Below, one piece after another: positions 10,901 through 19,858 of a stretch of 27,018 nt of DNA. The stretch covers positions 1-27,018 of IMG/VR virus record IMGVR_UViG_3300043120_000018; one strand, written 5' to 3'. A program made the position numbers and the translations under genes. Positions within the stretch are counted from its first letter, which is position 1; the number at the start of each line of letters is the position of its first letter. The notes below the pieces were generated by a model that saw only the letters and a list, made by a program, of their open reading frames with translations, was not told the origin of the DNA and did not search any database. Source of the stretch: a virus. Its lineage: Duplodnaviria; Caudoviricetes.

Positions 10901-11464
10901 ACCAGGAATTGGGCCAGCGAATTTAGCTATATCACTAAAAGATCTAGACATATTATTACCCTGTCTGGTCATGTTAGCTAAACGCCTATTTCCTTTCTCC
11001 GATGCAGTGCCTACTCCAGTAATACCTTTGGATGCTTTACGACTACTACGCTCCACACCCTCCATAGATTGTTCTAGCCTTTCTAATGAGTTTACTAATA
11101 CATTAGTATTATCATCCGCTCTGCTCATGGATCTCGAGAAGTTGGTATTTAGATCATCTTGTAAGGCTGCTATATTACCTATAAGATCTGTAATAGAATC
11201 TTCTAGGTCATTGAAACTATTCTCTATAGAAGTTAAACCCGGAGCACGTATGTTAGACATCTCTGCGTCTAGTCGTTTAGCTTCTGCAACTATTTCTTTA
11301 ATAGAATCTGGAATAAGCTCCAAACGCTCCCTTAGAAGGTCAGCGCCTGCGGCACTATTTTCTAGATTGTTCTGCATTTTTTCTAGTTGGTTACCAGTAG
11401 CAGTAAGACCTTTCTCCTTTACGTTGATAATCAACTCTTTAATTAACTTGTCATTTCCAGCCAT
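7946..11464 (-). CDS. Tail tape measure protein (T5 pb2-like)
   Basis: 1172 aa, helical and Ala-rich, with hydrophobic segments; DKLIKELIINVKEKG and NRIIRGVSKLEIELLDELG resemble T5 pb2. Confidence 0.93.
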   Translation of the reverse strand: MAGNDKLIKELIINVKEKGLTATGNQLEKMQNNLENSAAGADLLRERLELIPDSIKEIVAEAKRLDAEMSNIRAPGLTSIENSFNDLEDSITDLIGNIAALQDDLNTNFSRSMSRADDNTNVLVNSLERLEQSMEGVERSSRKASKGITGVGTASEKGNRRLANMTRQGNNMSRSFSDIAKFAGPIPGIYAIIAANVFAASEAMRVLSDGAQLNRLEQIGSVMGASVGAPIQSIARDLQEATGFAVSYENALRQAASASTFGFTAEQISQMTVAARRASVALGVDMNDALNRIIRGVSKLEIELLDELGITVRLTEAYDKYAESIGVSATALTSYQKQQAYLNAVLRESEIRQGKVDPYLQANGWELLDAAIRSTASSGVQYLANFLDPLATKLSNMLGGGTSNTVKELQDYSKTIETGLKEGGPSAIANAYLAMEQASSRGLEKLGKNIGSQARRDFKKPLDEALDFMSYTNPFGAMLAEDIFNAIDRSMGLSDKAAKEAKDSFSQFYNILQKAREATGAYTEEQAMAGAAAVRNAKSQKNFKETVDSISAAAKGGTLPFEQLTQGLVELDKAALQLQENAPGTSFQELSGFSKEAIGSVSSLAAIMRADYIANTTLAERQLSVTENGIKAGATRSQIEMDTLKLETEALKVTLRRQQVAGASSAQMMATQSAINVNLLKEEEIRRQISQELLEQASLAKELELQQRQFSSGYSSTISSYDLAVSLNKLQLDNLQKELALLPAGNAATDERLRLEMEINKTKRERAAIEAAEIGRITDSTISSMRSKEMNAGGGGDIAALTQEISIRQEELNTLRKKGLIDMEDSQAKEQEISLMKGDLIQKRLDQEASLNELFLARTNQQSIVSMNEQELLAYNQQVGASIYESSRNALAENDAAMGSMFDSLQQFVVGLDQVGKSSESAWNSVSMGIQAAASIASFASSQTIKDIDAQIAAEKKKDGKSEASRKKIAQLEAKKQKENMKMQRQSIIANTATGIMSAISTAGNIYAGLALAAVVAAMGAMQLSSLDSGSIPSAAVSGDPTKLELGSRDNKVDVSRGSTMGELSYLRGSQGVGGIQDFIPRARGSSLTPNVKYITGEHGAEPVSTSIQGMSVTKNEDAKTVKSGFGSSPTLQFNISAIDSQSVIDRAGDIYAAVEAEANARGYTLSRLEQL

Positions 11465-11481
11465 TATATTTCCTTACAAAC

Positions 11482-11516
11482 AAAAAAGCCTTGAGCAGAA
11501 AACTTCTACCCAAGGC
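11482..11516 (-). terminator. Terminator between the tail chaperones and the tape measure gene
   Basis: Minus strand GCCTTGGGTAGAA-gtt-TTCTGCTCAAGGC-TTTTTT. Confidence 0.75.
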
Positions 11517-11552
11517 AACCTCCTTAATCGCCTTTGGAGGAAATCAGGCTCA

Positions 11553-11945
11553 TCACTTTCTGTTCAAATCTTTCCTAGCTCGCATATCTAGTATGCTAAT
11601 CAATTCTAGGATGAATTTCTTATCTGAACGATCTTTGATATAATAAATATCAAAAAGTGTTTCTATATTTGACATAATCTTTCCCTTATACCTGGAACTA
11701 CCATCAGGTGCTATAATAATATCATCCTGTAGCATACCAAATATTTCCATAGATATCTCTACTAGGGGCGGGAAATCAGTTATATCTGGAGGACATTCGC
11801 TCATATCGGGAGCAGGTGCACCCAACTCAAGCATTTGCTCTCTCATTGCAATAAATTTTTTCTTATCAATACCTAATGATGTATTGTTTAAATAATCATT
11901 AAAATATTCTTTTGTTTTTTCTCTTAGATTAGTTACGAAAAATGC
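11553..11945 (-). CDS. Second tail assembly chaperone frame (lambda gpT-like / T5 p138-like), probably expressed by frameshift
   Basis: The frame of track ORF 11553-11846 stays open upstream to 11945 with no ATG in the extension, overlapping the end of the upstream chaperone in the +1 frame. Confidence 0.75.
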   Translation of the reverse strand, partial: AFFVTNLREKTKEYFNDYLNNTSLGIDKKKFIAMREQMLELGAPAPDMSECPPDITDFPPLVEISMEIFGMLQDDIIIAPDGSSRYKGKIMSNIETLFDIYYIKDRSDKKFILELISILDMRARKDLNRK

Positions 11946-12330
11946 TTAGATTACGGACGCTCTCCGACACCCAACGCTCAAACTGCACACTTGCTCGGAA
12001 AAGAGCAACAGCATTATCATGAGAGTATTCTACATCTGCATCAGGGTCTAAGTCACCCATATCAATAAGCATTAGATTCTCTAGATTAGCTACTGTAAGC
12101 CCTTGCCAACCCCTAACGGCTGCACGAACATACTCTTCAATATATTTATCATGGTCTAGGTCACGGTATTGGATACCATTTTCATCCATTTTTCCTACTT
12201 GACAATCATTATGAAGCTTACTTAAGCGTTCTCTAGATAGGTAGGCTAATTTAAGTTTAAAACCTGGGATTGAAGGAAATTCTTTCTCAGCAATCTTAGT
12301 ATCAAGTTTAATCTTATTAAGTTCGATCAT
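11929..12330 (-). CDS. Tail assembly chaperone (lambda gpG-like / T5 p139-like)
   Basis: 133 aa, SD AGGAG; motifs PGFKLKLAYLSRE and AAVRGWQGLT; lies between the tail tube genes and the tape measure gene. Confidence 0.85.
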   Translation of the reverse strand: MIELNKIKLDTKIAEKEFPSIPGFKLKLAYLSRERLSKLHNDCQVGKMDENGIQYRDLDHDKYIEEYVRAAVRGWQGLTVANLENLMLIDMGDLDPDADVEYSHDNAVALFRASVQFERWVSESVRNLSIFRN

Positions 12331-12350
12331 TTGTACTTCTCCTTGGCGAT

Positions 12351-13241
12351 TTATTTATTTATAGATATTTTAATTGGTTCTATATTACTATGTTTTATAT
12401 CATAAGAGAGTTGAGATATCTCCCCCTCACTTATCCGTTTAGTTACTCTGGATTTAGGGATGCTTAAAGATACACTGCCATTACTAATAAATATATCTAA
12501 ATCAGATACTGTATTAATATCTATAGAATCAAATCTATTATTTAGTATAATATTAGCGGAACAATCTATGCCAGTTATAATAGGCGTATTGGGTATACCC
12601 AATTGTCCAGTATTGAATTGATTACTACCCTCAGATAACCACTCTACTTTTTTTGTGATAGTAAAACCAGCAGAACGTATATTAGGGAGACTTTTTGCTC
12701 CTAGTATACAATTTATATACTCAGGTTTTAAATATTGAGGTGTTTTTAATCCATTTATAGAAAAACTTCTATAAGGTATTTCTTCTAAAGAAGAAAAAGA
12801 AAGGGAAAAAGCCAATCTATTTAGAGATTTAGGAGCAAAACCAAAGTCTAGGCTGGTTACTATGACTCCACCTAGTTTTAAAGCTTTATTAGAGTATAAA
12901 TCATATACTACAAAATCTAATAGAGGTGTCTCCTTAATATCTGTAAGTATATTATAATTATATTCTAAATCTTTTTCTATACCAAAATGTTTAAGCAGAA
13001 TAGGCAAAGCGTCACATGACAGGTCTAAAAATACCTCTAAGGAACCAGAACCTGTATTATATCCCCTATTAACTACTATATCTGGGTATTTTAAATTAAA
13101 TTGGTTTTTTCTACTAATAGTTTTTTCTTTTAGAGTTTGAGTATAGCCAACACTAGAAGCGGAATTAAAGGGATATAATATTCCGTCATTTAATATTCCT
13201 ACTATACTCCTCTTTTTAATCAAATAATTGGCTTTTAACAT
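12351..13241 (-). CDS. Baseplate tube / minor tail protein (T5 p140-like)
   Basis: 296 aa, directly downstream of the tail tube gene; size and synteny match p140. Confidence 0.75.
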   Translation of the reverse strand: MLKANYLIKKRSIVGILNDGILYPFNSASSVGYTQTLKEKTISRKNQFNLKYPDIVVNRGYNTGSGSLEVFLDLSCDALPILLKHFGIEKDLEYNYNILTDIKETPLLDFVVYDLYSNKALKLGGVIVTSLDFGFAPKSLNRLAFSLSFSSLEEIPYRSFSINGLKTPQYLKPEYINCILGAKSLPNIRSAGFTITKKVEWLSEGSNQFNTGQLGIPNTPIITGIDCSANIILNNRFDSIDINTVSDLDIFISNGSVSLSIPKSRVTKRISEGEISQLSYDIKHSNIEPIKISINK

Positions 13242-13251
13242 AAATTTACCT

Positions 13252-13278
13252 AAAAGAGGGCGAGGTGATTCCTCGCCT
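13252..13278 (-). terminator. Terminator or attenuator after the major tail tube gene
   Basis: Minus strand GGCGAGG-aatca-CCTCGCC followed by CTCTTTT. Confidence 0.65.
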
Positions 13279-14504
13279 TATATTATTGGAGTGTAATTCA
13301 TATCACCATTTGCTATAAAATTGTCTACAAGTGTGGTATTAGCATCATTAGTATGACTAACTACGATAGCATCTGAAACTGAGAAGTCAGAAGGAATCGC
13401 CTTAAACTCTAGAGTAGTACCAATAACATCTTGAGACTCAATAGCCGGAGCAGACATATGACAAGTAGGTAGATGAATAACAGTTACTGGATTTTTCTTA
13501 CTCAATTCAGTATTTAGGTTATTAACTAATCCATCTGCTTTAGTAGAGATACCCCCAATACAAACAGCGACGTCGAAGCTATTCTTAACCTTTCTTTCTG
13601 CCTGCATTTTGTCTAACAAATCACCAACATACTTATCCGGACCTCCTGATCCTCCTACACGAAGATAAGCAGTTAGAGATCCAGTGACCTCAAATGTACC
13701 TGTGAATGAACCGATTGCTTGGTCAAGACGAGACATTGTATCTGGGGTCAGATATGTAATATTGTTGTTGATAGTAATAGAACCACCAGTAATAGGAATA
13801 GTATATTCTTGATTATCAGAGTTATCCTTCATCTTAATAACTGTCAGCTTGTTCTTCAAGTATGTAGCTTGAACGAATGTAGCATCAGAGAACTTATAGT
13901 CTGGGGATTCTGGGTCAAATGGTTGACTCGTCATTCTTCCTAGAGTTGTTCCACTACCTGACCAAGCAACTTGAGAAATGTTTGTAATATCAAATGCAAT
14001 TTCTGCTTGACCTACTTGAGCATCAGAAATTTTAAACCAAATATCCCCAGTCTTAATATATAAAGTACAAGTCTCTAGAACGTGGGCTTGGTTTTCCCCG
14101 AAACCTACTACAAAGTTCTTTGCGTTAGCTCTAACAGCATTTGATTGATTAGCGATATCAAAGGTTTTGCTACTTGCTAAACAGTGCCATAAAATAGCGT
14201 CAGCAACAACTACGCCGCCATCATCTTCTATAGCATCTCCGTTTAAATCCGGGTCCCAGAAAGCCCTGATATATGTTGAAAAGCTCCACTCTACAGGGTC
14301 TAGAGCGTCATTAAATCTATCAGAACCCCTAGCAGGTACTGGACCAGCCTCGTCAAGGTTAATATCACTAGAAGAAGTGGATTGACTAAAGCTAAGGTCA
14401 CTTTGAACTAGGATTTCTTTGGTATTTAGAGGTGTAATATCTGCCTCTACTTTTGCTGTACTTACCCAAACTCGGGCATTACGTAACAGTTGAGCATTAC
14501 TCAT
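13278..14504 (-). CDS. Major tail tube protein (T5 pb6-like), without a C-terminal Ig domain
   Basis: QLLRNARVWVST, EILVQSD, EAGPVPARGSDRFND, EWSFSTYI, ITINNNITYLTP resemble T5 pb6. Confidence 0.93.
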   Translation of the reverse strand: MSNAQLLRNARVWVSTAKVEADITPLNTKEILVQSDLSFSQSTSSSDINLDEAGPVPARGSDRFNDALDPVEWSFSTYIRAFWDPDLNGDAIEDDGGVVVADAILWHCLASSKTFDIANQSNAVRANAKNFVVGFGENQAHVLETCTLYIKTGDIWFKISDAQVGQAEIAFDITNISQVAWSGSGTTLGRMTSQPFDPESPDYKFSDATFVQATYLKNKLTVIKMKDNSDNQEYTIPITGGSITINNNITYLTPDTMSRLDQAIGSFTGTFEVTGSLTAYLRVGGSGGPDKYVGDLLDKMQAERKVKNSFDVAVCIGGISTKADGLVNNLNTELSKKNPVTVIHLPTCHMSAPAIESQDVIGTTLEFKAIPSDFSVSDAIVVSHTNDANTTLVDNFIANGDMNYTPII

Positions 14505-14507
14505 TAT

Positions 14508-14969
14508 TTATCTCCTAAGTATATGTTTGTCATAACGTATTCTTACCAAGATCTCCCCGAAAGCCATAGGGTGTAAAACCCCTTCATCAGTATTTACACT
14601 GAGTATTTCACTGTCGGTTGTAACCCCTTCGAAAACTTGACCAGAATTATTAATACTAGTATATCCTAAAGTCTGATTGTCATCAATTATATTTTCAATA
14701 TCCATAATGAGAGATTCTAAAGATCCCTGTGCATCATCATGATCATTGACAAAAAGTCTAATGTATACGTCTAAATATGCCCAGATTTGATTACTAGGTA
14801 GATACTGTCTTGTACCAACTCCTGGAGTCACTGTACAAAACGGAAAATCAGAAATCTCTTCAAACGATAAATTTTTATTTACAACATTTGAATAAAGATT
14901 GGAAAAGCCTGATCCATCTACTTTGGTTTTTATCAATTCTACTAGAGAATCTACTATACCAGACCTCAT
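14508..14969 (-). CDS. Tail terminator protein (T5 p142-like)
   Basis: 153 aa; motifs DFPFCTVTPG, RQYLPS, SVNTDEGVL; synteny. Confidence 0.85.
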   Translation of the reverse strand: MRSGIVDSLVELIKTKVDGSGFSNLYSNVVNKNLSFEEISDFPFCTVTPGVGTRQYLPSNQIWAYLDVYIRLFVNDHDDAQGSLESLIMDIENIIDDNQTLGYTSINNSGQVFEGVTTDSEILSVNTDEGVLHPMAFGEILVRIRYDKHILRR

Positions 14970-15715
14970 ATTAATTGTACCTCCAAATTATATTTAGTAG
15001 TATCAACCAATGCATCAAAAGCTCTATACATTGCCTCACCTATTATCTTTCTAGGATTTCTATGAAAAGATGCTAAGCCTCTGCTGTTAGGCCCGGCAGG
15101 GTCAAATGTAGCATAAGGATATTTCATATAAGTATATGATACTCTAATTATTTGTTTTTTAGATATAACAGACTTACCTGCAATTACACTACTAACTGAA
15201 GTACTAGAAATAAATCTACCAGTTCTATTATGTAATTGGGGGCCATTATCAGTCATATGTTTCATCATTTCAGCCCTCATCATTGTCTCTAATAGAACTG
15301 TAAAATTATTAATAGAAATAAATCTACCAGTTTTTAACCTAATAGAATTTATTCTATCAAAACCAATTTCCTCTGCATCACTCTCTTCTTCTGTATAATC
15401 GAAGGAGCCTGAGCCAGAAACTGATTTTTTATAAGGAGTATCAGTAGAAAAACCGTATTTCTTTAATACAGCACCTACTATTCCTAAACTCTCCCTATCC
15501 ATATAGTCGCTAAGTATATCCACATATTGGGGCATCTTCTCTTCTATATAAGAAGAAGGTATTGGCTTCTTAAATTTAAATATAGCAGTAGAAACAGTAG
15601 GATCTCTCCTACTATCGGATATAGTAATTTTATATTGTACTGAGTTTTTACCATCCCCACCTTTCTCAGTAAAAACTTTTTCCAATATTGATCTAGCAAA
15701 AGCAGATAGACTCAT
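14966..15715 (-). CDS. Tail completion protein (T5 p143-like)
   Basis: 249 aa; motifs LHNRTGRFISS, YTYMKYPYATFDP, RNPRKIIGEA; synteny. Confidence 0.82.
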   Translation of the reverse strand: MSLSAFARSILEKVFTEKGGDGKNSVQYKITISDSRRDPTVSTAIFKFKKPIPSSYIEEKMPQYVDILSDYMDRESLGIVGAVLKKYGFSTDTPYKKSVSGSGSFDYTEEESDAEEIGFDRINSIRLKTGRFISINNFTVLLETMMRAEMMKHMTDNGPQLHNRTGRFISSTSVSSVIAGKSVISKKQIIRVSYTYMKYPYATFDPAGPNSRGLASFHRNPRKIIGEAMYRAFDALVDTTKYNLEVQLI

Positions 15716-16275
15716 ATAGGTCTAAAAGGTGCTAGCATGGCTATAACATGGCGGGGTATGTTATTTGTGGAAGGTGTATAACTAACACTTTGGGTTCCAG
15801 ACCCTACAGAAGCTCTGTATTGGTCTTTATAATAGTGTGTAACTAAGTTATATGCAGCCATCTTTATAGCGGCCGGCGTAGCGGCCGGGTTCTGGTAAGG
15901 AGGTACTCCAGCCTTTATAACTATAAAAGGCGAGAAAGATACAGTACCTGTCTCTACAAAATCTAGTACTACATAACCTTTACCACTAGACTGAATTTCA
16001 CCCCATGTTAGTTGACGTCCATTAATACCTAGAGGTATACTATCCTGTAATCGAACATCTTTAAATATATATTCGGATTCTATTCTAAGTACTTGAGTAT
16101 CTTTATTATATGTTTCTTCGTAAGCTAAATCATCTGGATATTCTAGATATGTTCTTAACAATGAGTTGACACCATCTATAATATAAGATAACTTAACATC
16201 AGAGTTTGGTGAATTTATACCTTCCACCTGCTTATATTCATCCAAAGTTACGAATGAAATTAATTGTTCTGACAT
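15712..16275 (-). CDS. Head completion / head-tail adaptor (T5 p144-like)
   Basis: ATG at 16275 with SD GGAGA; motifs FVTLDEYK, PAAIKMAAYNLVTHYYK, IPRHV; directly after the major capsid gene. Confidence 0.85.
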   Translation of the reverse strand: MSEQLISFVTLDEYKQVEGINSPNSDVKLSYIIDGVNSLLRTYLEYPDDLAYEETYNKDTQVLRIESEYIFKDVRLQDSIPLGINGRQLTWGEIQSSGKGYVVLDFVETGTVSFSPFIVIKAGVPPYQNPAATPAAIKMAAYNLVTHYYKDQYRASVGSGTQSVSYTPSTNNIPRHVIAMLAPFRPI

Positions 16276-16288
16276 AATTTTCTCCAAT

Positions 16289-16321
16289 AAAAAAAGGGCA
16301 GAGCATAAAGCCCTGCCCTTT
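16289..16321 (-). terminator. Terminator after the major capsid gene
   Basis: Minus strand AAAGGGCAGGGC-tttat-GCTCTGCCCTTTTTTT. Confidence 0.85.
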
Positions 16322-16339
16322 CGGCAATATTAAGTAATA

Positions 16340-17740
16340 TTAAACAGCAGCGTAAGCAGCAGTTGCAACACCTTCACCATCAATCAGACGGTCAAGGTTA
16401 ACACGCTGAGTTACATAGTAAGCATCGCGTTGCTCAGAGGCACGACGTTCACGCTCTACAGTAACTGTACGCTGACGTGGGACTACGAAGTTATCCTTAT
16501 AAACTAGAGCAGCGAATTCAACATCTACAGCTTTAGCAGGGAAGTAACTAGAAACCACAACAGGCATACCATAAATACGTCCAACTTGACCAGTCAGTTT
16601 GGTAGCTTGACCACCAACTTGGCTCATATCTTGGAACTCCTGGTCTTCAATCAGATCATAATAGGCATCCATAGAAACAACCAGAACTAGCTTAGCTAAA
16701 TCTAAACCACGCTGACCTAATTTACGACGCATTTCGTGAAGCATCTTGGCAGTAACTTTAACAGTACCGTCTGCTTTAGCAGTAGTAACTACTTTACGAC
16801 CATCAGCAGCAGCCATAGGTAGCAGACCTAGAGGCTTACCGGAACCATCACCAGTCATAAATGCATTTTCAATTGCTTTTACGTGAGACTCGATTAGATG
16901 ACGACGGATGATAGGTAACAGAGGAACGATAGCGTCTTCTGGAGTTTCATCAGTCATATAAGCCTTACTTGCAAGCTTAAATGTCTTGAAGGTCTTTTCA
17001 CCCATCTTAGCTTTAACTTCATTACCAGTAGTAGCAGTAGTACCATAAGTAGATGCAGCAACCCATGTAGCAACTTGAGAATCAGGCTCAATCATCATAG
17101 TTAGGTTTGCAGAAGTCATTGGAAGCTCTTCGAACAGGTCACCAACTACTAGAAGCTTCTGAATATCACGAAGGATACGCTGGGAGAAGATAGTCTCATA
17201 GCCTTCACTAGAAACTTCAATAGAAGAACTAGCATTTACAGCTTTCTGATGTTCTGCACCATACGCTGTTTCGAACATATTCTGTTCTGTGATATAAGAT
17301 AGTAGAACTACGTTTTCTACTGCCTTTTCAAATTGTTCTTGGTCATTACCAAACATAGCTTTAGAAATAGCATTAGTTGCAAAGGTATCAGCACCAGAGC
17401 GAGCAGCCATTACTTGCTTAATTTCGTCTTGCAGACCAATAATAGTATTCTGCATTGCTTCTACTGTGTCAGCAAAAGTGGTATTACTAGTTTTCAGCGA
17501 CTCTTCCAATGTTTTAATTGTTTGATTAGCTTCTTCTAGCTTTTCTCTATTAGCACCTACAGTTTTCTCAATAAGAGTTTGAATACGTGCTTCTTCTTCG
17601 GCAGCTTTTTGCTTAGCTAGTTTGTCAGCTTCTTCTTGCTTCTGCTTATTTAGAATATCATTCAAAGTTGCAGAAAGCTGATCTACACCAAGTTCTTTAC
17701 GAACCTGAGCCATATCAATAGGTGTGTTAGTACCAGGCAT
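16340..17740 (-). CDS. Major capsid protein precursor, HK97 fold with N-terminal scaffolding (delta) domain (T5 pb8-like)
   Basis: Coiled-coil N-terminal ~165 aa, then KAVNASSSIEVSSEGYETIFSQRILRD and GQVGRIYGMPVVVS, resembling T5 pb8. Confidence 0.96.
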   Translation of the reverse strand: MPGTNTPIDMAQVRKELGVDQLSATLNDILNKQKQEEADKLAKQKAAEEEARIQTLIEKTVGANREKLEEANQTIKTLEESLKTSNTTFADTVEAMQNTIIGLQDEIKQVMAARSGADTFATNAISKAMFGNDQEQFEKAVENVVLLSYITEQNMFETAYGAEHQKAVNASSSIEVSSEGYETIFSQRILRDIQKLLVVGDLFEELPMTSANLTMMIEPDSQVATWVAASTYGTTATTGNEVKAKMGEKTFKTFKLASKAYMTDETPEDAIVPLLPIIRRHLIESHVKAIENAFMTGDGSGKPLGLLPMAAADGRKVVTTAKADGTVKVTAKMLHEMRRKLGQRGLDLAKLVLVVSMDAYYDLIEDQEFQDMSQVGGQATKLTGQVGRIYGMPVVVSSYFPAKAVDVEFAALVYKDNFVVPRQRTVTVERERRASEQRDAYYVTQRVNLDRLIDGEGVATAAYAAV

Positions 17741-17789
17741 ATTATCTCCTTTCGATAAAATATTTTACGTTTGTCTATAAGATATAGTT

Positions 17790-17818
17790 AGTATATAAAA
17801 ATATCTAATGCATGTAAA
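17790..17818 (-). promoter_or_regulatory. Sigma70-type promoter for the capsid gene
   Basis: Minus strand TTTACA-17 bp-TATACT. Confidence 0.75.
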
Positions 17819-17832
17819 TTAATTTTACAACA

Positions 17833-18408
17833 TTAATGTTGGCCATTAATGAAATACAGTAACTTCTCCAGCTCTGAATTAAATACGGGAGTAGTATTTT
17901 TTTGGGTAAATTTCTGTTTTAATTCTGCAAAATCAGCAGCGTTTAATGATTTTTCTAGACTAAAAACAGAATCTTGATTACAAGGAACAGAAACAACCGA
18001 AATTTCTAGAAGCTCTAAATCTGTTATCAGAAAGCTTCTAGTAGCTTCGTCATACTGACCATCTAAAGCACGAAAACCAATACTGAAAGTCTTTAATATA
18101 CCATCTTTAATAAGATCATAGATTTTACCAGCAGCTTTGCTAATATTAGCAACAACCTCTAGTCCTTCTGATGTTACATTAAGTTCTGATACTGTTCCGA
18201 TGGGTAACGTATGATCATGAAACGCTAGTACTATAGGGTTTTTCAGATAATTAGATAGAGCATTAGTAGTTTTCCAAGTATCTGATGGAATAATGTCCCC
18301 AACTCTATCTCTGCTAGTAGTGTTAGCAAATCCCCTAATAGTCAGAGAATCATCAGCAGTAACTGTAACCGACTTAATGGAGGAAAAGATCTCTAATGGA
18401 TTATTCAT
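17833..18408 (-). CDS. Prohead protease (HK97-type, T5 pb11-like)
   Basis: Motifs DRVGDII, NPIVLAFHDH...PIG, KTFSIGF, LLEISVVSVPCN. Confidence 0.95.
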   Translation of the reverse strand: MNNPLEIFSSIKSVTVTADDSLTIRGFANTTSRDRVGDIIPSDTWKTTNALSNYLKNPIVLAFHDHTLPIGTVSELNVTSEGLEVVANISKAAGKIYDLIKDGILKTFSIGFRALDGQYDEATRSFLITDLELLEISVVSVPCNQDSVFSLEKSLNAADFAELKQKFTQKNTTPVFNSELEKLLYFINGQH

Positions 18409-18658
18409 CTAAGTCCTCCTCAGCTATCTCAGTAGAGTTAATTCCTTTCTCTACTACAGGTACTGTTGGTTCAATTTCAACACCACCTGCTTTTATAAAC
18501 TTAAGATAAGCGTTGCTGAAACTATACCAGTTGCCAAACAATTTATTAATATATGTTAGGTTAGGAAGTCCTTGTGTTGCATAGAATACATGACTTTCAG
18601 GTAAGCTATCACCTATAATTTCATGTACCTTCTTAAAAATATCAGTTTTTTCACTCAT
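18401..18658 (-). CDS. Capsid decoration protein (T5 pb10-like capsid-binding domain only)
   Basis: ATG at 18658 with SD GGAGA; IIGDSLPESHVFYAT resembles the recalled pb10 N-terminus (IFGEKLPESHIFFAT); lies between portal and protease. Confidence 0.75.
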   Translation of the reverse strand: MSEKTDIFKKVHEIIGDSLPESHVFYATQGLPNLTYINKLFGNWYSFSNAYLKFIKAGGVEIEPTVPVVEKGINSTEIAEEDLDE

Positions 18659-19856
18659 TATTATCTCCTTCTGCGGCCGGTTTACCACCTTCTTGGCCTG
18701 ATACACCAGTAGCGGAACCTGAAATATTTTGTGGAATACGAATCTTAGTCATTTCGTCGCTACCAATAGGTTCCATACGTAAGATTGCCCTACCTTCATC
18801 CCCAGTAGCTATACCATTGTTTACTATAGAAGTAACGTATTCAGCAAGCGCTTTTCTATCTGGAGAAAGTGCCATAATTTCATCAGTCATAGGTTTAATA
18901 TCTAGACCAAAGAAAAATTCTATAGCTGATTCAAATTTCTTGATATTAGGTATAATAGACATAGAATATAGTAAATCTATATTAGGACGCAAGTTAGCGT
19001 TATTACCAGAGTCTAGTAATATTTCCGGTACACCCATGGCGGTACAAACATTCTTAGTTAAGTTCTTTTGGTCTTCAGTAGTACCTAAATCTTTGAAGCC
19101 ATTGGTAGTTATAGGCTTAGCCTTAAATCCTGCATCTAATACTAGTACATTTGTCTTACCCGTTCTAGGATTATACCTTATAGCTGTTTCTTCTTCGTAT
19201 CTTTGCTTATGTTTCTTACTTAATAGTTGGTCTGTTTCAATAACTAGACCTATAACAGCCCCGTTATCGTAAAACTTCTCTTTAAACTCCGCAAGCTTTT
19301 TAAGACGTTTAATATCATCTAAACAAGAAGATAACCTACCGAAACCACTAGCCGTGACCGATTGACCGTAGTAAGCATTATCTTTTATATAGATAATTTC
19401 ATTAGGCTTAAATTCTGTTTTACCATATTTAAAATGGTTAATATATTTTTTCTTATCTAGCACTACTTCCACATTAGCTGCAGGTATATGGTACAATGCA
19501 GAACCATCCCAGTATATAAAAGCTGAACCTTCCATAATAAAATCAAGGAATAGAAGGCGCTTAAAAGTACTTATATCCATAAAAGGATTAGGTCTATGGT
19601 TAAGTAAGGAGCGAAGTTTAGATTGCTGTACATTAGTTGCATAAGCTGTAAAACCTAACCTATCCTTGACATCATAGGTAACTTCCGCAGCAGCATCTAC
19701 CCAAAGGTTAACAATCCTATTCACTACAGCTATTTCTCTATAGGCTTGAGATAAGGTATAAGGATCTTTGGTAGTACGTCCACCACCGGGTTCCTCATTT
19801 TTTATTTGTGGTTGGGCAGGGTTTAGCTTAGTATAAATCTTTTCAAAAATTCCCAT
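18651..19856 (-). CDS. Portal protein (T5 pb7-like)
   Basis: 401 aa; motifs KLNPAQ, LLNHRPNPFMD, GVPEILLDSGNNANLRPN, IRIPQNISGSATGVSGQEGG. Confidence 0.95.
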   Translation of the reverse strand: MGIFEKIYTKLNPAQPQIKNEEPGGGRTTKDPYTLSQAYREIAVVNRIVNLWVDAAAEVTYDVKDRLGFTAYATNVQQSKLRSLLNHRPNPFMDISTFKRLLFLDFIMEGSAFIYWDGSALYHIPAANVEVVLDKKKYINHFKYGKTEFKPNEIIYIKDNAYYGQSVTASGFGRLSSCLDDIKRLKKLAEFKEKFYDNGAVIGLVIETDQLLSKKHKQRYEEETAIRYNPRTGKTNVLVLDAGFKAKPITTNGFKDLGTTEDQKNLTKNVCTAMGVPEILLDSGNNANLRPNIDLLYSMSIIPNIKKFESAIEFFFGLDIKPMTDEIMALSPDRKALAEYVTSIVNNGIATGDEGRAILRMEPIGSDEMTKIRIPQNISGSATGVSGQEGGKPAAEGDNNE

Positions 19857-19858
19857 AT

